Source: Macrostomum lignano (taxonomy: Eukaryota). From it: 64,000 nt of DNA. Below the pieces are notes generated by a model. The model did not search any database. It was not told the origin of the DNA and saw nothing but the letters and a program-made list of their open reading frames with translations. The stretch is taken from NCBI GenBank assembly GCA_002269645.1, contig NIVC01002066.1, positions 1 through 64,000 on the forward strand, written 5' to 3'. The position numbers and the translations under genes are program-made. The first letter of the stretch is position 1. Every line of letters starts with the position of its first letter. Below are positions 25,075-37,070 of the stretch, piece after piece.

Positions 25075-26045
25075 TAATGGAATGTAATGGAATGTAATGG
25101 AATGTAATGGACTGTATAGAATGTAATGGAATGTAACGGAATGTATTGTAATGGAATGAAATGTAATGGTATGTAATGAAATGTAATGGTATGTAATGAA
25201 ATGTAATGGAATGTAATGGAATGTAATGGACTGTAATGAAATGTATTGTAATGGAATGAAATGTAATGGAATGTAATGGAATGTAATGGACTGTATAGAA
25301 TGTAATGGAATGTATAGAATGTAATGGAATGTAATGGACTGTATAGAATGTAATGGAATGTAACGGAATGTATTGTAATGGAATGAAATGTAATGGTATG
25401 TAATGAAATGTAATGGTATGTAATGAAATGTAATGGAATGTAATGGAATGTAATGGACTGTAATGAAATGTATTGTAATGGAATGAAATGTAATGGAATG
25501 TAATGGAATGTAATGGACTGTATAGAATGTAATGGAATGTATAGAATGTAATGGAATGTAATGGACTGTATAGAATGTAATGGAATGTAACGGAATGTAT
25601 TGTAATGGAATGAAATGTAATGGTATGTAATGAAATGTAATGGTATGTAATGAAATGTAATGGAATGTAATGGAATGTAATGGACTGTAATGAAATGTAT
25701 TGTAATGGAATGAAATGTAATGGAATGTAATGGAATGTAATGGACTGTATAGAATGTAATGGACTGTATAGAATGTAATGGAATGTAACGGAATGTATTG
25801 TAATGGAATGAAATGTAATGGTATGTAATGAAATGTAATGGTATGTAATGAAATGTAATGGAATGTAATGGAATGTAATGGACTGTAATGAAATGTATTG
25901 TAATGGAATGAAATGTAATGGAATGTAATGGAATGTAATGGACTGTATAGAATGTAATGGAATGTAACGTAATGCAATGGAATGTAATGAAATGTATTGT
26001 AATGGAATGAAATGTAATGGTATGTAATGGAATGTAATGGGATGT
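25075..26045. repeat. (AATGG/AATGT)n pentamer-derived satellite with ~227-bp higher-order structure
   Basis: Marker variant TAACG at 25134, 25361, 25588, 25786, 25965. Confidence 0.9.
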
Positions 26046-26227
26046 AATCTAGCTACTTTATTTTAATAGACAATTAACTTACATATACGATTTCCGATGC
26101 TTGAATCCATTGGAAGTTATAACTGTTTGTTATTGCATTTTTTTGTTACAAAACATAATTGCAGGTAATAAATTTGTAATTATAACCTAACCTAAATATA
26201 AATGAATGCATATATATTATGCAATGG

Positions 26228-26762
26228 CTCTCCCGCATCTCAGCTGCATCTCCATCTACTTCTCAGTCTCTCCCGCATCTTAGCTGCATCTCCATCTACT
26301 TCTCAGTCTCTCCCGCATCTCAGCTGAATCTCTATCTACTTCTCAGTCTCTTCCGCATCTCAGCTGCATCTCTATCTACTTCTTAGCCTCTCCCGCATCT
26401 TAGCTGCATCTCTATCTACTTCTCAGTCTCTCCCGCATCTTAGCTGCATCTCTATCTACTTCTCAGTCTCTCCCGCATCTCAGCTGCATCTCTATCTACT
26501 TCTCAGTCTCTCCCGCATCTCAGCTGCATCTCTATCTACTTCTCAGTCCCTCCCGCATCTCAGCTGCATCTCTATCTACTTCTCAGTCTCTCCCGCATCT
26601 TAGCTGCATCTCTATCTACTTCTCAGTCTCTCCCGCATCTCAGCTGCATCTCTATCTACTTCTCAGCCTCTCCCGCATCTCAGCTGCATCTCTATCTACT
26701 TCTCAGCCTCCCCCGCATCTCAGCTGCATCTCTATCTACTTCTCAGCCTCCCCCGCATCTCT
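26228..26762. repeat. 40-bp minisatellite (TCTCCCGCATCTCAGCTGCATCTCTATCTACTTCTCAGTC), ~13 copies
   Basis: Period 40. Confidence 0.95.
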
Positions 26763-27509
26763 TTACATTGGCCTTCTTTTCAAATATAATTGTGCCTGAA
26801 GGCATCAAAGCACTTTTGTGCAGCGAGCGCACCGTAAGGATTCCAAGGACAACTTAGTAATCCTTGAAGGATTCTTCTGTGCTTGCGGGATTGAGTTTAT
26901 GTTCAATTGAGAGGGCATATTTATGCAGAGTGTTTGCAAAGCTGTGAGGAACTCAAAGAAAACTGAATGCGAAATAAAATCCCAGCAAATCATCAAAATA
27001 TCAAAACTGCATGAGACGCCTTGTGACACCGTGCTGGCCTCACTGCGGAGGTCAATCTCAGGTTAGAGATTTTCCATGCACCGTGTCTTCACCATCACTG
27101 ACGCCTTGACGCAGTGCAGGGGCAGCAGCAAAAGGGCGCCATGGCTGCGGTGCAGAGGCTACATTTGAGCGCCGGTCCTCAGCGGCTGTCCTGTTGAGAA
27201 GGAAAGCTCAAAATTTGAGTGTGGCCGCAGCAGCCCCTCAGCTCAGCCGCTGGATTCGCCACTGCTGCAAAATACCCGAGTGGCGCACTGCTCAAACTCA
27301 AACTGCAGCAGGAGCGGAAAATTGTGGAGACAAGCGGAGAGCAAATGCTCGGTGAGTAGCAGGTGGGCGAGCGGTCAGCCCTGGCAACACTGGAGGCGTG
27401 GAAGCAGCCAGAACATAAAAGTGTTTTGGATCACAATTTATTAAGGTGAATACATGTATTATAGCATTGTAAAAGTACTTTATTTAGAACTTTCCGTAGC
27501 ATGTACACG

Positions 27510-27910
27510 GAACTCGAGCTCAGATTCCAGTGAAACTCGTGCTCAGATTCCAGTGAAACTCGTGCTCAGATTCCAATGGAACTCGTGCTCAGATTCCACT
27601 GAACTCGTGCTCAGATTCCAGTGAAACTCGTGCTCAGATTCCAGTGAAACTCGTGCTCAAATTCCAGTGAAACTCGTGCTCAGATTCCAATGGAACTCGT
27701 GCTCAGATTCCACTGAACTCGTGCTCAGATTCCAGTGAAACTCGTGCTCAGATTCCAGTGAAACTCGTGCTCAAATTCCAGTGAAACTCGTGCTCAGATT
27801 CCAATGAAACTCGTGCTCAGATTCCAATGAAACTCGTGCTCAGATTCCAGTGAAACTCGTGCTCAGATTCCAGTGAAACTCGTGCTCAAATTCCAGTGAA
27901 CTTAGTGCTC
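27510..27910. repeat. 23-bp minisatellite (AAACTCGTGCTCAGATTCCAGTG), ~17 copies
   Basis: Period 22-23. Confidence 0.92.
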
Positions 27911-28657
27911 AGTTATGCAGAGTTCGTTCAGCTTTAAGGCGAGACCGAGATCGCCAATTTCGGATTTGCTTTTCGTTCCGAAATGATCGAGAATTCTGAG
28001 CCGACAGTCAGCTACCGCCGCTTATGAGGATCTTGGACAAGCTACTCTTTGGAAACGTACTGGGCTGGAGCCTGGAACGCCTGGGCCTTCCACGTTCCCC
28101 AAGCCAGTCTATCCATCGCTTTGGGTCAGGGGTGGGGCAGAGGTTCCGCTTTCCAATGTGCGTTTCGGCCCAACCTCTTGCGCTGTCTGCCCACCGCAAG
28201 TGTACGCGAACAAATTTCTGTGCCGGCTTCGTACGAGCGTCCGCTCGCTTCATCTCCCAGCCTTCCCTTATTAGAACCAGCGTTCGGTACTTCTGTAGCA
28301 GCCCGCCGCGGATTTGTCCAGTCTTTGCGCCCCTCAGCCACTGCCTCTTCCTCTTATCTCAAGTACCGTGTTTGCTTGCTGCAGGGCCTCCCGTCTGCTT
28401 TTGCGAGTTCCGCTTTGTCTGTGGCCTGCGAGTCTCTGCCTGCCGCTCCATCAGCAGACTGGCGAGCTCATAATCATAACTGGCGATCGGCGAGTCCTGC
28501 TCTGCCCTGCTGCAGTCTGCTGGGCTGGCATTGGAGTGAGCTGTCAATTGGGGCTTGCAATTTTTCACTGACCGAATCCTTTACTCTGAGTTCATAGACT
28601 GCCTTTGCTCGCCTCTCCCTCCTTCCCTTCTTTTTTCCCTCGAGTTTTGGTTAAACT

Positions 28658-29597
28658 GTGAACTGTCACTCTGTGCTGGGACCTGAGCACTGTGATCTGT
28701 CACTCTGTGCTGGGACCTGAGCACTGTGATCTGTCACTCTGAGCTGGGACCTGAGCACTGTGATCTGTCACTCTGAGCTGGGACCTGAGCACTGTTATCT
28801 GTCACTCTGAGCTGGGACCTGAGCACTGTGATCTGTCACTCTGAGCTGGGACCTGAGCACTGTGATCTGTCACTCTGGGCTGGGACCTGAGCACTGTGAT
28901 CTGTCACTCTGAGCTGGGACCTGAGCACTATGGTCTGTCACTCTGAGCTGGGACCTGAGCACTGTGATCTGTCACTCTGAGCTGGGACCTGAGCACTGTG
29001 ATCTGTCACTCTGAGCTGGGACCTGAGCACTGTGATCTGTCACTCTGAGCTGGGACCTGAGCACTGTTATCTGTCACTCTGAGCTGGGACCTGAGCACTG
29101 TGATCTGTCACTCTGAGCTGGGACCTGAGCACTGTGATCTGTCACTCTGGGCTGGGACCTGAGCACTGTGATCTGTCACTCTGAGCTGGGACCTGAGCAC
29201 TGTGGTCTGTCACTCTGAGCTGGGACCTGAGCACTGTGATCTGTCACTCTGAGCTGGGACCTGAGCACTGTGATCTGTCACTCTGAGCTGGGACCTGAGC
29301 ACTGTGATCTGTCACTCTGAGCTGGGACCTGAGCACTGTGATCTGTCACTCTGAGCTGGGACCTGAGCACTGTGATCTGTCACTCTGAGCTGGGACCTGA
29401 GCACTGTGATCTGTCACTCTGAGCTGGGACCTGAGCACTGTGATCTGTCACTCTGAGCTGGGACCTGAGCACTGTGGTCTGTCACTCTGAGCTGGGACCT
29501 GAGCACTGTGATCTGTCACTCTGAGCTGGGACCTGAGCACTGTGATCTGTCACTCTGAGCTGGGACCTGAGCACTGTGATCTGTCACTCTGGGCTGG
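28658..29597. repeat. 34-bp minisatellite (TGTGATCTGTCACTCTGAGCTGGGACCTGAGCAC), ~27 copies
   Basis: Period 34. Confidence 0.95.
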
Positions 29598-29754
29598 CAT
29601 CGACGGATGCACAAACCTTTGAAACATCTGCCACTCTGACAGCAGCCGCGACTGAAATCTGTAACTCTAAAAGCAGCCAAGGATCATAGGTAGGGCTCAC
29701 GAAGATTTTTAAAATTCTTTATAAAAATTTACAGCCACAATGCAGCCCCAATTG

Positions 29755-30192
29755 CTCGCTTCCCTCTCCTTCGCTCCCTTTTTTCGTCTCTTTCTCCCAC
29801 ACTCCCTCCTCTCTCCCTCCCTCCTCCCTTCTTCTCCTTCTCCCTCCCTTCTCTCCTTCTCCCTCTTTCCCCTCCGCTCCTTCTTCCTCTCTCCCCTTCT
29901 TCTCCCTCCCTCCTCCCTCCCCTTTTCTTCGCCTCCCTCCCTCACACCCTTCTCCTCCCTCTCCCCTTCTTCTCCCTCCCTCCCCTTTTTCTCCTCCTCC
30001 CTCTTTCTCCCCTCCTCCTCCTCCCTCTTTCTCCCCTCCTTCTCCTCCTCCCTCTTTCTCCCCTTCTTCTCCTCCTCCCTCTTTCCCCCTCCTTCTCCCT
30101 CTCTCCCTCCCTCCTTCTCTCTTCTCCCTCTCTCCCCTCTTTCCACCAACTCTCTTTCTTACACCCTCTCCCACCACGCCTCCGCTTTCCAG
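29755..30192 (+). promoter_or_regulatory. Polypyrimidine tract and probable acceptor (CCGCTTTCCAG) 4 nt before the gene B ATG
   Basis: CT-rich low-complexity tract; same arrangement as gene A. Confidence 0.55.
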
Positions 30193-30196
30193 AACT

Positions 30197-33100
30197 ATGG
30201 ACCACAATCAAAGTCGCCAACGGCCCCTCACCACGGAAAGCATCACCCAAACTGCTCGACGCGCTGCGGCCCAAGGATACTTTGACGACATCTCCAGCGC
30301 TACGTTTGAAGCTGCACACTATGGTCGCTTTCAAGATGTTCAGTTTCTCGTACCACTCATTAATGACCACTCTAACAGGGACGCCTGCTGCATCAATGTT
30401 GCCAATCCAGCTGCACGCAATGGTCACCTTCAAATCGTCAAGTTTCTCGTCTCACAAATCATTGACCACTTTAAAAGGGACTTCTGCTGCATCCGTGCTG
30501 CCAACTTTGCTGCAGCCAATGGTCACCTTCAAATCGTCCAGTTTCTCGTCCTACTCATCAATGACCACTTTAAAAAGCAAACCTGCTGCATCATTGCTGC
30601 CAAATCAGCTGCACGCAATGGTCACCTTCAAATCGTCCAGTTTCTCGTCCCACTCATCAATGACTACTCTAAAAGGGACACCTGCTGCATCGATGCTGCC
30701 GATGAATCTGCACGCTATGGTCGCCTTCAAATCGTCCAGTTTCTCATCTCCTGTCTCTCAAGTCACGATCTAAAAGCAAAGCTCCGTTTCCAATGCGCAC
30801 TCATAGCCTGCTCTCAAGGACACGAACCTCTCGTCGCCTCCCTCGACCTACAGCCCCATTGTCTCTTCCAATACAACACCATCCTCACCTCCACTGCTAA
30901 CTTGGCCATCCAAGGCACCAACTCTGTTCTCAACAAAATCCTCTCTCAAATGCAGCCAGGTCAAATCACACAACTCCTCCATCTCTCCATCTCCCAGCGA
31001 CACGTCGCTCTTGCCGCCACACTGCTCAATCATCACCAATTCACCACACAGCATGTCGATCTCCCAGACGACAACACCGGAGCCACCGCTCTCATGCTCG
31101 CAGCTGATGCTGGTCAGCACGAACTCATTCTCAAACTCATCCATCTCGGCGCCTCACTGCACGCTCAAGACAAACACGGTCGCACTGCCCTGTCACGAGC
31201 CTGCCAAGCCGGTCACGTGCGAGCAGCCAAGACTCTCATCGACTATGGAGCCGATGCCAGCCATCGAGACAGTCAGGGCCTCACCTGTGCGCAGCTCGCA
31301 CAGCGATTTGAGCAGCGGCAGGTCCTCCGACTGCTTAATCCCAACGAGTCAGTTCCCCTGACAGTTCCCCAGTCAGAACCTTCCAGACTCTCTCACCACC
31401 ACCTGCATCCACTGCTCAACGAGGCGGGATTCACCAAACAGAGAGCCAACTGTCAGCAAATACTCGCTGACTGGCTGGAAAATGTCACTCAAGTCCTCAC
31501 ACAGGATGGCAGGCGGATGACCGGCAGCTACGTAGAGGGCTGGGCCAACAGTCTGCTCCAAGTCAACGGCAGGACAGCTGCAGACTCGGACATTGACTGG
31601 ACTGTGCTGCTTGATGGGCAACCATTCCATCTCGAAGGTGGCTGCCATGGACAATTTGGTTCCTGCAAAAACGCTACTCAACTGCAAGTCAACGAAGGCC
31701 ACGCACAGGTGCCAGTCGGAGCAGGTCAGTCACGCTCGACTCATCCCAATACTAGCCCCCCCCCCAATCAACTTTGCTCAATTCGATACCCACAGTCTGA
31801 ACTTCTCAACCTCACTTTCACACCTTGCTCAGTTTAAATCCATCTAGCACTCGCTTTGAATACAAATTCTGCAAACCGATTCAAATCCTACCAATCATTG
31901 CACTGCCTCACCACCTAACAGGTTATAAAACAATTACCATGCAATGCCATGCGCAAGAAAGTAAACTGCAACAAACTGCAACAATGTAAAATACTTTCTC
32001 TCCCTCTCTGCCCATCATCAACTCCTTACCGCTGCATTTCAACAAATACTTTGCTTCACTCATTGACTACAGTAGTAGCACTCACACACGAACTCAACCG
32101 ACACACTCAAGCAGCTGCAAACCAACCCCATCTTCTTCACTCGACACTCTCCTCTCACTGCGCTCTGCAGGCAGCCAACCTGCTGTCACAGCCGCAGCAT
32201 GCGGTGTGCGGCCTGCACAGGACACGTGCCATGCGATCAAGTGCTGCAGCAGTTTCTGTGAGGACAGGATTAGAAAACTGCTTAGATCCGATGATAAGGT
32301 TCACCTCGTGCGGGCGACCAGACCGAGCTCGACCAACGAGCTCAGAGTGAGCTTCAGCTTCCAAGAGAAACACATCATGAGAGACCTGAGCACAGTGCAG
32401 GGCCAGCTGTTCACACTCATCAAGTTCATCTTCAAGAGACACTTGCCGCTCACTCTGGACACACCTGGACTCAAGACCTACCATGCAAAGACTCTGCTAT
32501 TCTTCATGATGGAGAAGCATGGAACAGATCCTGAAACTGAGGCTTGGCAGCCCCACAATCTGATCGCTCTGCTCAACGAGTCTCTCGACATGATGCTGAG
32601 CTTCATCGACTCGAGCAGCAGCTCGCCCGATGAGTGCATGCCGCACTTCTTCATGCCCGACGCTCCGCTCTACTTCAAGAACGCTGGAATAGGCGGCGAC
32701 TTCGACAACACGAAGGCGAGGGTTCGAGACCGACTTTGTGAGCTGAGAAGCGACATCGGCGGAGTGGTCGAGCAGTTGAGGATACTCGTGAGACCTCTGC
32801 AGTCAGAGAAGTTCTACTTTCACATGTTCACTCTGCTGCCTCTGACAGCGCCGCCTGCTGTCACGGAGATCAGGGAAGGAAGTAAATATCCAAAAAGCGA
32901 CTCCAAGTTCGCAGACGTGTACAGTGTGGTGCACCAGTGTGTGAGAGAGCTGCAGTCGGAATCGAGCGACAGAGACACCCTGATGAGGCAGCTCAGTCTC
33001 CTGCATGAGCCGAAGTGGTGCAAGTGCGCCGCAATGTGCATGACCACCATGGCGCATTTAAAGTTCGGAGAATCTGAGGAGGCTGAGAGACTCGCGATGG

Positions 33101-33855
33101 AGCTGCATAGACACCAGGTTGAGTCAGGGTTGACGCCACGGGATATTGGAGACGAGAGTACCTGGTACCTGATCAACATAAAACTGCCAAAAGACTCGGA
33201 CTGGGCGTGGAGGTTCTGCCTCCCCTGCGACTCTCCGCCTCGCTTCCCATTCCTTCCTGAGTTCACGCAGACTCTGTTCACAGCCAGACTGTCGCAGCCT
33301 CTCTCCTCTCACATGTACGTGAACTTCCGCTGCCTGAGCTGGAGTCTCCAAGCTGAGCTGCTCCGCAATCACGCACCTGCAATTAAACTAGAGGATTGGA
33401 AGCGAGAGCTGCAAGAAGACCCGGACTTGGAGGAGCTGCTCACTCTGGCTCACTACAGCGACTGCCGCGAGCACGTGGAGCTCAGCCTGCAGCAGATGGA
33501 GATGATCGAGAAAGAGAGACGCATCGCCATGGAGACGCAGGACGAGGAGAAGATCGGCTGGGTCAGGCAGAAGCGGTGGCTAGTTTCGAACCGCAGTGGC
33601 AGCGACAGCGGCGCTCACCGCAGCAGGGAAGATGAGGAGCGGAGGCTGTGGGCGAGGGCGAGGCTGCGGCGAGACGGGGCCGACTTGGGGCGCCTTGTTG
33701 CCATGGAAACTGCAGCGGAGCAGAGCGACAGCTGGACTCACGCCTCGCTCAGTCGGAAGAGACTGGAGAAGCTGGAAAGACTTGATGCAGCAGCGGGAGT
33801 CCTTAAAGTGGAGTCGCAAAGTCGAGTTCGGAAAAGGAAGGCTGAGTCAGACTGA
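30197..33855 (+). CDS. Ankyrin-repeat / Mab-21 (cGAS-like receptor, cGLR) nucleotidyltransferase, copy B, intact. Exons 30197-31347, 31387-31724, 32171-33855 (~1057 aa; 1070 aa if the 39-nt intron is retained)
   Basis: 5 divergent + 3 canonical ANK repeats; GSYVEG...DSDID; QDTCHAI; LRVSFSFQEK; LKTYHAKTLLFF; MPHFFMP. The phase-1 intron GCAG|GTCAGT...CTGCAG|GC is conserved with copy A. No frameshift or internal stop. Confidence 0.88.
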
Positions 33856-34267
33856 CTGCCTGGAGCGGTGTTTGATGCTGACTATTTTCATCTACTTAGT
33901 GTTTTTTCAATCAAACAATTTATTCTGATTCATGCAAAAACTGAAACTGGGCAAATTTGATGCAGGTTTTTTCTGTGATTTTGTTCTGCGGACTTCAATA
34001 CCCAATCGCCAATGTTGTATAATGACATATTCAAGCCAAATGCACAGGTAGCAGTTATCTGCATGAACTCGTTATCTTTTAAGCCTCTCTGGCTTTTGCG
34101 CGATCTGTTTGAGAAGTTCTACTGCACAGGTTTGTGATAAATGTTTTAAATGTACTTTTATGCCCTAAAATATTGTGTGCACATGCTCTCTGACTATTTA
34201 GGCATCTCCCCTCAGAACCAGCCACATTTTTCATTATGTACTTACATCATGTACACATGTACCCTGC

Positions 34268-35264
34268 AGTGACTACCAGCCTGACAGCTCCCTCATGAAC
34301 ATTCACTGACTGACAGCCTGACAGCTCCCTCATGAGCATTCAGTGACTGACAGCCTGACAGCTCCCTCATGAACATTCAGTGACTGACAGCCTGACAGCT
34401 CCCTCATGAACATTCAGTGACTGACAGTCTGACAGCTCCCTCATGAACATTCAGTGACTGACAGTCTGACAGCTCCCTCATGAACATTCACTGATTGACA
34501 GCCTGACAGCTCCCCATGAACATTCAGTGACTGACAGCCTGACAGCTCCCTCATGAACATTCAGTGACTGACAGCCTGACAGCTCCCTCATGAACATTCA
34601 CTGACTGACAGCCTGACAGCTCCCTCATGAACATTCAGTGACTGACAGCCTGACAGCTTCCTCATGAACATTCAGTGACTGACAGTCTGACAGCTCCCTC
34701 ATGAACATTCAGTGACTGACAGCCTGACAGCTCCCTCATGAACATTCAGTGACTGACAGTCTGACAGCTCCCTCATGAACATTCAGTGACTGACAGCCTG
34801 ACAGCTCCCTCATGAACATTCACTGACTGACAGCCTGACAGCTCCCTCATGAACATTCAGTGACTGACAGCCTGACAGCTCCCTCATGAACATTCAGTGA
34901 CTGACAGCCTGACAGCTCCCTCATGAACATTCAGTGACTGACAGCCTGACAGCTTCCTCATGAACATTCAGTGACTGACAGCCTGACAGCTCCCTCATGA
35001 ACATTCAGTGACTGACAGCCTGACAGCTCCCTCATGAACATTCAGTGACTGACAGCCTGACAGCTCCCTCATGAACATTCAGTGACTGACAGCCTGACAG
35101 CTCCCTCATGAACATTCAGTGACTGACAGCCTGACAGCTCCCTCATGAACATTCAGTGACTGACAGCCTGACACCTCCCTCATGAACATTCAGTGACTGA
35201 CAGCCTGACAGCTCCCTCATGAACATTCAGTGACTGACAGCCTGACAGCTCCCTCATGAACATT
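34268..35264. repeat. 37-bp minisatellite, ~27 copies (paralogous to 20517-20809)
   Basis: Same monomer, same position downstream of the paralogous gene. Confidence 0.95.
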
Positions 35265-35969
35265 AATTGACCGGACAGGCAGGTCGCGGCCCCAGTCGCA
35301 ATTCATTTTTCTGTCCGATCCAAGAGCTCTGCATGCTGCTGATGAACTCAAAACTGCGGCCATTTCAATATTGCCGTTCATATTTTATGCCTGCTCTGTG
35401 CCATAAACCAACTGCAGTGCTTCGGTTTCTAAATATAGAATGATGCGACCTGCCACTCGCTCTCAGTGCCATTTTGACGCTCTGCAAGGGTGCCTTGAAT
35501 GTTTGAAATACCAGCCATAAAACGGAAGTGAGCTACTGCTACTACTTAACGTAAGTGGCCTCATGCAGTTTTGATTGCATAATTGATTCTGTACACAAAG
35601 ATTTGAAGCTCTCTGCAATGAGCGAAACATTGCGGACGGTGAAAACTGGTCCTGTCATTCCGCCTGAAACTGCGCAGATCAAGCAGCCCTGCCCACCAAA
35701 AGCAGAGACAAAGCAGAGCCAGCAAAAGGCCGCCACTCGAATCACTGAAAGCAACATAGAAAATGTGTCGTGAGCTCACTTCGCCTGCAGGTCCCCCAGT
35801 GACCTCTCGGCGTGATGAAGGCAGTTCAGCTCCGCAAACACCCGCCTTCGCCAGCTGCAGCTGCGCCCACACCGTCCAGTACAGGAGGCACAGCACAGTC
35901 AGGAAGTCTTTCAGGGGATGTGAGGGGCTGCAGATCTGAGTGAGCTGTGGGACACTGAGATAGACGCCA

Positions 35970-36130
35970 AGACAGACACTTAGAGACACTCAGACAGAAA
36001 CCTAGACAGAAACTCAGACAGACACTCAGACAGACACTCAGACAGACACTAAGGCAGACACTAAGACAGACACTATGACAGACATTCAGACAAACACTAA
36101 GACAGACACTAGAACCAAAAAATACAGACA
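35970..36130. repeat. Degenerate (GACA/GACACT)-type microsatellite
   Basis: Direct reading. Confidence 0.7.
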
Positions 36131-37016
36131 CTAATATAAGAAAGACACAAATGCAGAGAACTGGGGTTACAAAATCCCCCCTGACCCCCTCATCGCTACC
36201 ATTCACAGCAAATACGAGAATTAGATACGCAAAGTGAGTTGGGCTATGAGCTTCTACATGTACATTACGATCAATAGAAAGTTTAGAAACAGATGCGTAA
36301 GAGAGAAGCTCTGCTTCTTAAAACAAATTTAAACTTTGGGCCACAGAATTCTGAGGTTTAAGCTGCAGTTCACAGTCACATATCGATCAATCATTCTTTA
36401 TGGGCTTGTGAGCTGGGCCATAGACATAACAGACCGGTCAGTGCATTTTCTTCGGAATGCTCGGCTATAAAAGTTCTACAGATCGAAGAGTTGGGCCACA
36501 GACAGTTGGTCTCTTATTCAAATGCGAGTTCTTTCCACTCTCTATGGTCACTCAGTCGACCCTGTATCGAGCTATGCCTCGACAGAACCGCGCTCTGAAA
36601 TATCAAGCCTGAGTTTAAATAGGTTTGCCGTCTCTGATCTGTATCTTGAAATAAAAAGCTGGCTTGTCAAAAGCTGCGACATACTCGCAGATTGAGCCGC
36701 ACGCAGCAAAATGTTCCATCAGTCAACCAACCAACCGGTCGCAAACACTGGAGGAGCGTCGTTGTTAGCATCCGTTGAAGGATCAGCATCTGATCTATTA
36801 TCGGTACGTGACAGGTACTTTAGAGTGAAATTTAAATATCGGGACTTGAAAGGGATTTTGAAAAGTTTTCTTGGAAAGGGGTAGCAAAACATAACTGAAC
36901 TACAGAAGAATACGCACTTAATTAGTAAGATTGTACAGTAGTACACTATTGAATCATTCCGAATGGCAGGCTGTGTCATTCATCCAACTGTAAATTTTGA
37001 ATTGAACGATCTTGGA

Positions 37017-37070
37017 CAGGGGTCGACAAACTCTGGCCTGAGGGCCACATGCGGCCTGAGAAGCCTCTCT
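37017..37070 (+). mobile_element. Possible isolated hAT/Charlie-like terminus
   Basis: CAGGGGTCGACAAACT..GGCCTGAGGGCCACATGCGGCC resembles the common hAT MITE 5' end; no matching 3' TIR found. Confidence 0.3.

Noticed and set aside
24715-25977. 420-aa His/Tyr/Ile-rich ORF
   Set aside because: Translation of the AATGG/AATGT satellite
29709-30433. Glu/Arg/Gly-rich and Pro/Ser/Leu-rich ORFs (also 13073-13569)
   Set aside because: Translations of the CT-rich low-complexity tract
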